64,000 bases of DNA, taken from NCBI GenBank assembly GCA_031549085.1, contig JAVBQL010000002.1:46855-110854 (forward strand). The letters are read 5' to 3'. Origin of the DNA: Spirochaetota bacterium (GTDB taxonomy: Bacteria > Spirochaetota > GWE2-31-10 > MWDO01). The position numbers and the translations under genes were made by a program. Under the pieces are notes generated by a model, which saw only the letters and a program-made list of their open reading frames with translations, ran no database searches and was not told the origin of the DNA. This document shows positions 28,321 to 37,488 of the stretch, piece by piece (the stretch's first letter is position 1; each line of letters begins with the position of its first letter).

Positions 28321-30081
28321 TTATCCTTTAGAAACAGCTGAAAACTTACATACATTGTAGCATGAGCCACATTTAATACACTTTTCTTGTGATAATATAT
28401 GTTTTTGCTTAATTTCACCTGTAATAGCCTCAACTGGACAAGCTTTCTTACAAGCACCACAACCTGTACACTTATCATTTATCGTAAATGTAACCAAGTT
28501 TGTACAAACTCCAGCAGGGCACTTTTTATCTTTTATATGTGCAATATACTCATCTTTGAAATATTTCAATGTTGTTAATACAGGGTTTGGAGCTGTTTGA
28601 CCCAACGCACAGAGAGAACTTGATTTTATCTTATCTGCCAAATCAAGCAGACTATCAATATCACTCTCACTTCCCTCTCCATCACATATACGAGTTAGAA
28701 TCTCAAGCATTCTCTTTGTTCCAATTCTACAGAAAGTACACTTTCCACAGCTCTCTGATTGAGTAAAGTTTAAGAAATATTTAGCCACATCAACCATACA
28801 GCTATCTTCATCAAGAACAACCATTCCGCCAGAGCCAACAATCGCCCCTGTTGCCATAAGAGACTCATAGTCAACCGGTGTATCAAGCAGGCTCTCTGGT
28901 ATACAGCCACCTGATGGGCCACCCATTTGGACAGCTTTAAATTTTTTATCGTTTTTTATGCCGCCGCCAATATCATATATAACCTCTCTCAAAGGAATAC
29001 CCATCTCAACTTCTACCAAACCACCATTTTTTATCTTGCCTGCCAAGGCAAATACTTTCGTGCCTTTTGATTTTTCTGTACCATATTTATTGAATGATTC
29101 AGGTCCATTAGCCAAAATAGTTCCGATAGAAGCCAAAGTCTCAACGTTATTCACATTTGTAGGTTTACCAAAGAGTCCGCTTACTGCTGGAAACGGAGGT
29201 CTTAAGCGAGGCATACCTCTCTTTCCCTCTATACTAGCAATTAGGGCAGTCTCCTCACCACAAACAAAGGCACCCGCCCCCTCTTTAACATGAATTTCAA
29301 AATTAAATTTTGTTCCAAGTATATTTTTTCCCATCAAATTTCTTTCAGTTGCCTGCTTAATAGCAATCTTAAGCCTTTCGATAGCAAGCGGATACTCAGC
29401 TCTACAATATACATATCCCTCACCAGCCCCTATCGCATAGCCACAGATAAGCATTCCCTCAAGAACGCTATGGGGATCTCCCTCAAGAACAGATCTATCC
29501 ATGAATGCACCTGGGTCGCCCTCATCGGCATTACATATCACATATTTTTTATCATTTTTAGAGTCAGCAGCAAATCTCCACTTCATGCCTGTTGGGAAAC
29601 CAGCTCCTCCACGACCTCTAAGTCCAGAGTCAAGAACTCTCTTTATAACCTCATCACTGCCAATTGTTACAGCTCTCTTTAAGCCTTCATAACCGCCGCT
29701 CTTCATATAGTCATCAATGTTTTCAGGATCAATACTTCCAGTGTTACGTAAAACGATTCTTCTCTGTTTCTCAAAAACGTACTTATCTTGACTCTCTTTA
29801 AGAAGAGCCTCTTTTACAATATTATTATTTTTAACATGCTCATTAAATATTTTCTCAGCAAGTTTATCAGTAACATTTCCATATAGATATTTTTTGCCAT
29901 CTTTTGTTAGTTCAACAATTGGTTCTACATAGCACATACCAATACAGCCGGTCTCTTTCAGTACTATATCACTATTACCCTTAACCAAGTTTGACAAAAC
30001 TTCAAAAGTTTTAGACGCTCCAGAGGCATTTCCGCATGTAGCAGTTCCAACCTTTATCTCAATCAGATTACCTTTACTCAT
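28321..30081 (-). CDS. NADH-binding flavoprotein subunit, NuoF/HydB-like, with extra Fe-S domains
   Basis: GLRGRGGAGFPTGMKW FMN/NADH site and a cluster-binding ESCGKCTFCR. N-terminal thioredoxin-like 2Fe-2S region. Two ferredoxin-type motifs at the C-terminus (CTGCGACKKACP; CIKCGSCYNVC). Confidence 0.85.
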   Translation of the reverse strand: MSKGNLIEIKVGTATCGNASGASKTFEVLSNLVKGNSDIVLKETGCIGMCYVEPIVELTKDGKKYLYGNVTDKLAEKIFNEHVKNNNIVKEALLKESQDKYVFEKQRRIVLRNTGSIDPENIDDYMKSGGYEGLKRAVTIGSDEVIKRVLDSGLRGRGGAGFPTGMKWRFAADSKNDKKYVICNADEGDPGAFMDRSVLEGDPHSVLEGMLICGYAIGAGEGYVYCRAEYPLAIERLKIAIKQATERNLMGKNILGTKFNFEIHVKEGAGAFVCGEETALIASIEGKRGMPRLRPPFPAVSGLFGKPTNVNNVETLASIGTILANGPESFNKYGTEKSKGTKVFALAGKIKNGGLVEVEMGIPLREVIYDIGGGIKNDKKFKAVQMGGPSGGCIPESLLDTPVDYESLMATGAIVGSGGMVVLDEDSCMVDVAKYFLNFTQSESCGKCTFCRIGTKRMLEILTRICDGEGSESDIDSLLDLADKIKSSSLCALGQTAPNPVLTTLKYFKDEYIAHIKDKKCPAGVCTNLVTFTINDKCTGCGACKKACPVEAITGEIKQKHILSQEKCIKCGSCYNVCKFSAVSKG

Positions 30082-30551
30082 ATTGCTTTTCCCTCCATCT
30101 CTGCGTCTATATATGAATCTATTATCTTTGAAAATTTATCGTTTGTTAATTTACCATATGTCTTATCATTTATCATAACAACAGGTGCAAGTGAGCAGCA
30201 GCCAAGACATGCAACACTAATGATGCTAAAAAGCCCATCTTCCGTTGTCTCATTTGCTTTTATTTTAAGTTTATTTTCTATCATAGAGTCAAGAATTTTT
30301 ATACCGCCAACATGGCAAGCTGTTCCATGACACATTCTTATAATATATTTACCAACAGGGGTAAATCTAAATTGTGCATAGAAGGTCGCAACGCCATATA
30401 TTTCAGATACAGGTATATTTAACTTGCCTGATATATATCTTATAGTATCTTTAGAGAGATATCCCTCTTTTTCTTGAGCCTGCTGCAAGATTGGAATCAA
30501 CGATCCTTTTGTTCCTGCATATTTTTCAATTACCTTATCCAAATCATTCAT
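30078..30551 (-). CDS. NuoE/HydC-like thioredoxin-like [2Fe-2S] ferredoxin subunit
   Basis: The MCHGTACHVGG ... ACLGCCSLAP cysteine pattern of the NuoE family. 4-nt overlap with the nuoF-like gene. Confidence 0.85.
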   Translation of the reverse strand: MNDLDKVIEKYAGTKGSLIPILQQAQEKEGYLSKDTIRYISGKLNIPVSEIYGVATFYAQFRFTPVGKYIIRMCHGTACHVGGIKILDSMIENKLKIKANETTEDGLFSIISVACLGCCSLAPVVMINDKTYGKLTNDKFSKIIDSYIDAEMEGKAI

Positions 30552-30703
30552 AGACTACCTCTTAATCAAACTCTAAAAAATAAACTTATAAATGCGAAGT
30601 CAAGTATATACTTTTTTTTAAAGTTTGTTAATAATTTCTTATCAAAATAAGACATAAAATATTAATATTTATTCAATCATTCTTTTATAGTAGTTTATTA
30701 AAC

Positions 30704-32212
30704 CTATTTATGTAAATTTGTACTATTAAAGTATTGATTTAAAAGATGAAAATCATTTTTTGCTGTCTCAAAATCATTCTTATCAAATATCATAAAAAAA
30801 TTCTTTAATTTACCATTTTTTTCCATTGGATATATAATAACCATATTTGTAACAGAGAGATCCTCTTTTGAGACTCTATCTGTGAAAAATTTTTGATCAA
30901 GCCCACCATTACTTCTTTTAAAAGCTAAAACTCTATTTTCATCTGAGAATTTTTTTATAAAAGAGAGCTCTTTATTAAAGCTAAGGTTTAGAAGAGTTGC
31001 GTCACTTATGCCATTATGCAGCACAGGGACAAAATCATCTCCATAACCACCAAAACAGCACCAACTATAGATGGAGAGGCTCTCTATCAATTTTGAAACC
31101 TCTGATATCTTTGCATCATATTCCTTATCATCATCAATATAGTCAGCCTTCTCCCCTATTACAAAGCTCTCTGTTATAGGGAGATCCTCTATCGGAATAT
31201 TCTCTCCGCTCTGTTTTGCTTTCTGCAGATCTTCAACAAGCTGTCTTGCATAGTCATCATCAACAACCTGATTTTTTACATCTCCACTTCTAAGCTCATC
31301 AAGTACAGTTCCAGAATTAAGTTTAATCAAAGAGATCTTATTTGATACAAAATAGTATAATCTAACCATAACAACTGCAATAAAAGAGATAAGTCCAAGC
31401 TTCCCACCAAATCCAACAAAAAGATTCTTTGTTAAAACCAACAGTAGACCAGAAATAAGTCCTGTGATTAGATAGTCCCTTTTAAGCATCAGAACAAAAT
31501 ATGAGGTCATTCCAACAAATGCGCCAGTATACCATGCCTGACCCAAAATTGTACCATAAACAGGAATCTCTGTAATTAGCAATCCACCTATTATACCAGT
31601 GGTTGCAACACTTATTACTTTATAGTTATCGTTCAAAGATGAAGCAGTATTTTTTATCTCCATAGAGACCAATGAAGCAAGAACCGCTGTAGGAATAGCC
31701 AAAAGATCTATTGGATCAAACCCATGAAACATACTTTTATTGAGGATTGTAACAACTACCTTACTTGGATAAATATATGAACACAAAAAGAGAAAAAGCA
31801 CTACGGATAAAAAGGCTATTGTCCCAAGTCTTCCACCATATCCATCAAAAAAGACTTTTGGATATTTTATAGAAAAAAACTCACTAAGGGAGTAGAGAAG
31901 AGCTGTTAGAGATGAAAGAATAACAGCATTAATCAAAAACTGGAGAGACATAGGAGATAGTAGCCCATTCCAATCCAGAAAAAATATCGCTGTCATTCCA
32001 GCAAAAGAGCCACAAAATGTTGCCCATGAGTAGTGGTTTTCATCATTTATTATAACAGTAAAAAAACCAATTATAATAGAGACTAGTGCAGATGCAACAA
32101 TTGCATTATTATCAAGAACAACAACGTATATTGTTGCAATTACACCAATAAAGCAAAACAAAAACTGCAAGAGGAGTGTTGAAAATTTTATATTTTTATT
32201 ATCGAGTTCCAT
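30704..32212 (-). CDS. hypothetical membrane protein: ~9 TM N-terminal domain plus ~200 aa soluble C-terminal domain
   Basis: Hydrophobic helices run through about residue 290, followed by a polar domain. No motif I recognise. Confidence 0.55.
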   Translation of the reverse strand: MELDNKNIKFSTLLLQFLFCFIGVIATIYVVVLDNNAIVASALVSIIIGFFTVIINDENHYSWATFCGSFAGMTAIFFLDWNGLLSPMSLQFLINAVILSSLTALLYSLSEFFSIKYPKVFFDGYGGRLGTIAFLSVVLFLFLCSYIYPSKVVVTILNKSMFHGFDPIDLLAIPTAVLASLVSMEIKNTASSLNDNYKVISVATTGIIGGLLITEIPVYGTILGQAWYTGAFVGMTSYFVLMLKRDYLITGLISGLLLVLTKNLFVGFGGKLGLISFIAVVMVRLYYFVSNKISLIKLNSGTVLDELRSGDVKNQVVDDDYARQLVEDLQKAKQSGENIPIEDLPITESFVIGEKADYIDDDKEYDAKISEVSKLIESLSIYSWCCFGGYGDDFVPVLHNGISDATLLNLSFNKELSFIKKFSDENRVLAFKRSNGGLDQKFFTDRVSKEDLSVTNMVIIYPMEKNGKLKNFFMIFDKNDFETAKNDFHLLNQYFNSTNLHK

Positions 32213-32258
32213 CTACCTTTCTTTTCTTCTAAAATATTTTTTTACTGAATATAAATAG

Positions 32259-33986
32259 TCACTTCATAACAATTGTAAGGTACTGGTTAGACCTTAAATG
32301 TACCTGCTTGAAAAAAGGTCCATTAATCTTTGAACCACCCTTTACATAAAAGTTGGAGTTATTGTTAGTATCGACCCCAAAATTAATATTTTCACTACAC
32401 TCTAAAAAATATGGACCCTCATCAAAATCGGTATACATATAATTATATAAATTTATAGAACCTAGCCTATATGTAGTCCCTGAAATAGTGGACTCATACC
32501 ATCTATCACCATTGTTGTATTTAAGTCCAACACGGGAGATAATATGGTCTGACAAAATTACTGACGCCCCCCACTCTCTTAATAGAGCCAAAAAGGAGAA
32601 ATCTTTTCCACTCATTTTATTAACAGCTGATACCACTGCCTGATAATTTACATAGCTGTTTCCCTTAACAATCTCATTAAAAAGTTTTGCCCCGCCAAAA
32701 TTGCGAGCAATATATGATCCAAAAGCATAGCTTGTTGAATAACTTTTTAAAACATCTCCACCCTCATGCCACATTGTAACATTTTCACTATTAAATCCAT
32801 TAAAAAGTGGAAGCCTTCCCTCAAAGTTTTTTGGTATAGAGGCTGGATTACTACTTTTCACCCCTCTAGGTCCATCAACGCCCAACTTATCAGCAACAAA
32901 ATCTTCAGCAACCATAGAGCAAAGCTCATTAAGCCACGACTCTGTGCTTGAGTTTGTATTAACTTTTATCAGTTTCTGATAAAAGTTAATCATATGCTGA
33001 AACTCATGAGCCAATGTTGAGATTATTTGGGCTGGATATCTATTTGTTATCCTCCACTCAACATCATCTTCTGAATAGTAGGCAAAAAATGGAGCATCAA
33101 GATAAAAAATCAAACACTCATTTGAATATTGCATGGCACTGCTTTTTAACGCATCTCTTCCATAAAAAAAGCCAAGAACACCACCATTAGACAACCCATC
33201 TTGATTCTCATCACTATCTATATCATATAATAAAATATTAATAAAGCCCTTATTGTTAGAATCTATCGCCTCTGCCCTACTGCTTACCCCCCACTCCTCA
33301 CCAAATATATTGGTAATCCAGTGGTATATATCATCTTTATCGGTTTTTAAAAACTTATTTGAAAGCGCATCTATCATACTTTGATTTATTGGATATTTAG
33401 GCGTACTATAAATATCAGAGGTTTCATCCCAATATTTATTCTCCACCCAAACATTAAGAGCTTTATTATCAATAGTATTAGAAAATCTGCAGGTTGCATC
33501 AATAATTCTGCCAACATCATCATAAAAAATTCTCTCCTCCCCAACTGTTCCAATACTGTTTGTTCTAACAATATCTTTTGATAGGAGAGATCTGCTATTT
33601 TTAGAACTATTTTTATCTAAATTCAAAAAAGGGCTATTATTGAATTTTGTTATTCTATCTTTGGTTCCATATGATGAAGAGCTTGAAATATTATGTGTGG
33701 GTATAATATTAGGGCTATTAACAACAGGATTTATAACAGAGGTCTCTCCGGTGGTTGTAATTATAAAATAGATATCTTTACTATTTACACCATTGATATT
33801 TATATTAATTGTCTCATTGTCCTCTCCATCAGAGGCCCTAGGAACATATATAACATCATATGAGAGATCTTTTGCTTCATATGTATAGTTTGAATCTCCC
33901 CAATAGTTGGGATCATAGTGTCTAAATCCCATATTACAAGAGAAGAGGGAAAAAAGAGAGAAAACTATATAAAAAAGCCTATACAT
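32259..33986 (-). CDS. M30 (hyicolysin-like) zinc metallopeptidase lipoprotein, paralog 1
   Basis: HEXXH site LAHEFQHMINF. Start trimmed to the ATG at 33986, giving the lipoprotein signal MYRLFYIVFSLFSLFSC. Confidence 0.7.
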   Translation of the reverse strand: MYRLFYIVFSLFSLFSCNMGFRHYDPNYWGDSNYTYEAKDLSYDVIYVPRASDGEDNETINININGVNSKDIYFIITTTGETSVINPVVNSPNIIPTHNISSSSSYGTKDRITKFNNSPFLNLDKNSSKNSRSLLSKDIVRTNSIGTVGEERIFYDDVGRIIDATCRFSNTIDNKALNVWVENKYWDETSDIYSTPKYPINQSMIDALSNKFLKTDKDDIYHWITNIFGEEWGVSSRAEAIDSNNKGFINILLYDIDSDENQDGLSNGGVLGFFYGRDALKSSAMQYSNECLIFYLDAPFFAYYSEDDVEWRITNRYPAQIISTLAHEFQHMINFYQKLIKVNTNSSTESWLNELCSMVAEDFVADKLGVDGPRGVKSSNPASIPKNFEGRLPLFNGFNSENVTMWHEGGDVLKSYSTSYAFGSYIARNFGGAKLFNEIVKGNSYVNYQAVVSAVNKMSGKDFSFLALLREWGASVILSDHIISRVGLKYNNGDRWYESTISGTTYRLGSINLYNYMYTDFDEGPYFLECSENINFGVDTNNNSNFYVKGGSKINGPFFKQVHLRSNQYLTIVMK

Positions 33987-34221
33987 AGCAACCTTTTTTA
34001 AAAAAACAATATAAAAACAGAAAAAACAATTAAAACAAGTTAGATTATCATAAAAAACTATAGAGTAAATATACAACATTTTTCAGCTTTTTTGTAGTAA
34101 TTTATAAAAAATGTTCTATATTTTATATTTTCTCGGAAATTTTATAGTGATAGGCTAATATACTACTCTATCATAATAATTATGGAGAGATAGACTTATA
34201 AAACCTCTTTAAGTGCGCTTT

Positions 34222-35985
34222 TTATCTAACTATAATTGTAAGATACTGGTTTGGTTTCAAAGATATTCCTCTCTTAAAAGTACCACTAGCATTAGAGCCT
34301 ACCTTCAAATATAGATTAGAATCGCTATCAGTTGTAAATGATTTATATAAACCAGCAGTATTATCAATAAAATAGGGACCACTATTTGAGCCATATGTAT
34401 AGTCATACATATTTATAGAGCCTAAATTATATGTATACCCATTTAAACTTGAAATATACCAATTGCTGCCATTATTATACTTAAATCCAGTTTCATTAAT
34501 AACAAGATCAGATAAAACAACCGACTCCCCCCACATTTTTAACAAATCTAAAAAGGTATAGCTTGTATCATTAAGAGAATTTATTGCTGCAACAACTGAG
34601 TTGTAATCTGTATAGGAATTTCCACTAACAATTTTATTAAATAGAGCAGCTCCGCCAAAATTTCTAGCAATGTATGCTCCAAAAGCGTAGCTTGTTGAAT
34701 AACTTTTCAAAATATCTGATACTGCTGATCCCGAAAGCCATGTTGTTAAAGACTCACTGTTATAGAGATTGAAATATGGAAGTCTTCCATCTAAAGTATT
34801 TGGAACAGAGGCTGGATTGCTACTTAAAATACCTCTAGGCCCATTAACAGCAAGTTTATCTGCCAAAAGATCCTCTGCAACCATCGAACACATCTCATTT
34901 ATCCACGTATCAGTTCCTACATTTAAAACATTTTTAACTATTTTCTGATAAAAATTAATCATATGCTGAAATTCGTGAGCAAGCGTTGATATAATATTAC
35001 TTGGATATGAATCTGATATATTCCAATTCGTTGAATTACTTTTATAACTAAAATATGGAGCATCAATATAGAAGAGCAGCATCTCATTAGAATCTGAATA
35101 ATATGATTTTTTAAAATTATCTTTCGCATAAAAGAAACCAAGAACGCCACCTGTAGAGAGCCCCTCTGAATTCTCATCACTATCTATATCAAAGAGCAAT
35201 ATATTTACGCAACCTACATTATCAGCTGATATAAGATTACTGATATTATGCGCTCCCCACTCCGCTCCAAAGATACTTGTATCCCAGTGATAGATATCAT
35301 TCTTACCACTATTAAGAAATTTATCTGCCAAAGCATCTATCATATTTTGATCTATGCTATTTTTTACGCCGGAGGCTGTAGCAACCCAATATTTATCTTC
35401 AACCCATATATTGAGAGTCTTTCCATCTACGGTATTCTTAAATCTTAAAGTTGCATTTACTATACCATCAGCATCATCATAAAACTCTCTTGAATCGTTT
35501 AGGTTATATGTTAAAACACTTTTTAAAGGAGCTGACATTTTTGATAGCTCTCTTTTTAATATATTATTTGTTTTATTAACTTCATACTCAAATGGATTCT
35601 TATTAAACTTTGAGATCTTCTCTTTTCCAGGGTGAATAGAGATATCCAAATTATTTAAAGCTGGCTCTATACTACCAGCATAAAGACTACTACTTTTTGT
35701 GGTATGAGTGCTATTCCCATTGGTAGTTATGATAAAATATAGATTTCTGTTTGAAAGATTATCTATGCTAACATCTATAATCTCATTGTCATACTTCCTT
35801 GGAACATTAAAAATATCATAGGCAGCTGCTGTCGCACTATATTTATATGCTGAGCTTCCTGATGTTGTATTAACATCATTATTACTATTGCTACCATTAT
35901 TACCATTGCTGCCCTTGTTGATATCGCATGAAAAAAAGATAATAGAGATTGATAAAAATATAAAAATAGACCTTTTCATATACAC
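34222..35985 (-). CDS. M30 (hyicolysin-like) zinc metallopeptidase lipoprotein, paralog 2
   Basis: The same LAHEFQHMINFYQK site and lipobox IIFFSC. Collinear with paralog 1 over the full length. Confidence 0.7.
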   Translation of the reverse strand: MYMKRSIFIFLSISIIFFSCDINKGSNGNNGSNSNNDVNTTSGSSAYKYSATAAAYDIFNVPRKYDNEIIDVSIDNLSNRNLYFIITTNGNSTHTTKSSSLYAGSIEPALNNLDISIHPGKEKISKFNKNPFEYEVNKTNNILKRELSKMSAPLKSVLTYNLNDSREFYDDADGIVNATLRFKNTVDGKTLNIWVEDKYWVATASGVKNSIDQNMIDALADKFLNSGKNDIYHWDTSIFGAEWGAHNISNLISADNVGCVNILLFDIDSDENSEGLSTGGVLGFFYAKDNFKKSYYSDSNEMLLFYIDAPYFSYKSNSTNWNISDSYPSNIISTLAHEFQHMINFYQKIVKNVLNVGTDTWINEMCSMVAEDLLADKLAVNGPRGILSSNPASVPNTLDGRLPYFNLYNSESLTTWLSGSAVSDILKSYSTSYAFGAYIARNFGGAALFNKIVSGNSYTDYNSVVAAINSLNDTSYTFLDLLKMWGESVVLSDLVINETGFKYNNGSNWYISSLNGYTYNLGSINMYDYTYGSNSGPYFIDNTAGLYKSFTTDSDSNLYLKVGSNASGTFKRGISLKPNQYLTIIVR

Positions 35986-36342
35986 CCTTAAAAAATATTA
36001 ATAAAAAGAGATTACTTTATTTAATAGAAACCATATAAAGTTTTAGAAAACAACTTTAAAAAAAGTCAAATATAGCGATACTATTTTTTATCGTAAAATG
36101 TAAACAAAATATTTAATATAAAATTTATTTACATTTTATTTAATAACTCTCCTTTTAATTATTATCATTAAAAAGAGTCTTTTTCTTATCCTTAATTTAT
36201 TGTTGCTCTATCAATCTAACACTTTTTAATTACCGAAGCAAATGTTTTTTGTATCAAGAGGTATTTTAACTTATTTTTTCAAATTTCAACAGCTACTGTT
36301 ATTAAAATAGTTTGAGTATGAGTAGTTTATAATAGATAAGTA

Positions 36343-37485
36343 TTAAATTTTATTTAAATTTTTATATCCAATAATACTCTCTTTTATCATCTGATGATTT
36401 GTCTCATGTTTTCTCTTTAAGGGAGCTATTATCATCTCTTTAGAAAATAGGATATCACTCTCTGATATACCATTGTCCTCATCTGCAAAAAGAATAGCCA
36501 CACCATCAATAGTTTTTACTATTGGTTTAAGGTAATACTTCCCATAAGATAGATAGTAGCCAAGCAAAGTTCCAGCCTTTTGATTGTTTATATATTTATC
36601 ATTAATGTTATATGTCTCAAGATCATATATAAAATAGAGCTTGTTATCAATAGATGCCTTCAATCTTATTTTTATGTCCTGCCCGCAAAAAGCACGAAGC
36701 TTTCTATCTATAATATCATTGCTGTCCCTATCCCAAAAAATAGTGCTCTCTTTTTTTGCTCTTGCAACTGTAGCAGCACTTCCCTCTTTAAGTTTGTAGT
36801 GCGGTTCATTATTCAATATCTTTTTTAGGGCTCTAATAATTGCCTCAACCCCAAGATTTGTTAACTTCACCAAAACTTCAATAGGTGTAGAGTATTTTGA
36901 AATCATTAGTGGTCTGCTTTTAGTTATTATATATCCAGTGTCAAAATTTGCTTCAACCTTATGAACTGCTCCCCAAACTTTTCTCCACCCCTCAAGTATA
37001 ATAAATGTATCGGGCTCCATACCTTTAAGAAATGGGAGCGGCCCAGGATGATAATTTATAAAGCCAAGCTTTGGAATATTAAATAGTCTTGGAGGAAGCC
37101 AGTTCCCATAAAAGATAATACCCAAATCAGCATCTATCTCTCCTATTTTATCAAGCCAGATTGAAACCTCTCTTGAAGACTCTGCATCATTAAGCATCTC
37201 CTCTATCTTTGGCTTAATCAAAGTTAGAGCCTCTGGGATAAAAAGCCTCTTTTTTAATTTAATGGCGGGATATAGATTTATTGGATCACTCTCTTTTATA
37301 ATGATGGCTGCAACATTATAGTTATTTCTCTCAAGTTCAAGAAGAAGCTTTAGACCATAATCTTCACTATCAGATGGGCGTGTGTCACCAAGATATAAGA
37401 TTATTTTAAAAGAGTTAGGTTCTTTATTTTTATATAAATGTTCATCATCTTCATCATCACTACTTATCATATTTTTATACCCCAT
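36343..37485 (-). CDS. formyltransferase-fold protein (Fmt/PurN N-terminal domain-like) with acidic N-terminus
   Basis: GFINYHPGPLPFLKGMEPD...VHKVEANFDTGYII aligns with the Fmt block INVHASLLPRYRG...DEGLDTGDIL, and the Asn-x-His and Asp positions are kept. Starts 3 nt after the cyclase stop. Confidence 0.65.
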   Translation of the reverse strand: MGYKNMISSDDEDDEHLYKNKEPNSFKIILYLGDTRPSDSEDYGLKLLLELERNNYNVAAIIIKESDPINLYPAIKLKKRLFIPEALTLIKPKIEEMLNDAESSREVSIWLDKIGEIDADLGIIFYGNWLPPRLFNIPKLGFINYHPGPLPFLKGMEPDTFIILEGWRKVWGAVHKVEANFDTGYIITKSRPLMISKYSTPIEVLVKLTNLGVEAIIRALKKILNNEPHYKLKEGSAATVARAKKESTIFWDRDSNDIIDRKLRAFCGQDIKIRLKASIDNKLYFIYDLETYNINDKYINNQKAGTLLGYYLSYGKYYLKPIVKTIDGVAILFADEDNGISESDILFSKEMIIAPLKRKHETNHQMIKESIIGYKNLNKI

Positions 37486-37488
37486 CTA

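Noticed and set aside
36094-36138. AT-only inverted repeat TAAAATGTAAACAAAAT / ATTTATTTACATTTTA between the formyltransferase-like and M30 genes
   Set aside because: Only 11 perfect bp of pure A/T sequence in a ~30% GC genome. It could easily arise by chance, and no U-run or recognisable operator context supports it.
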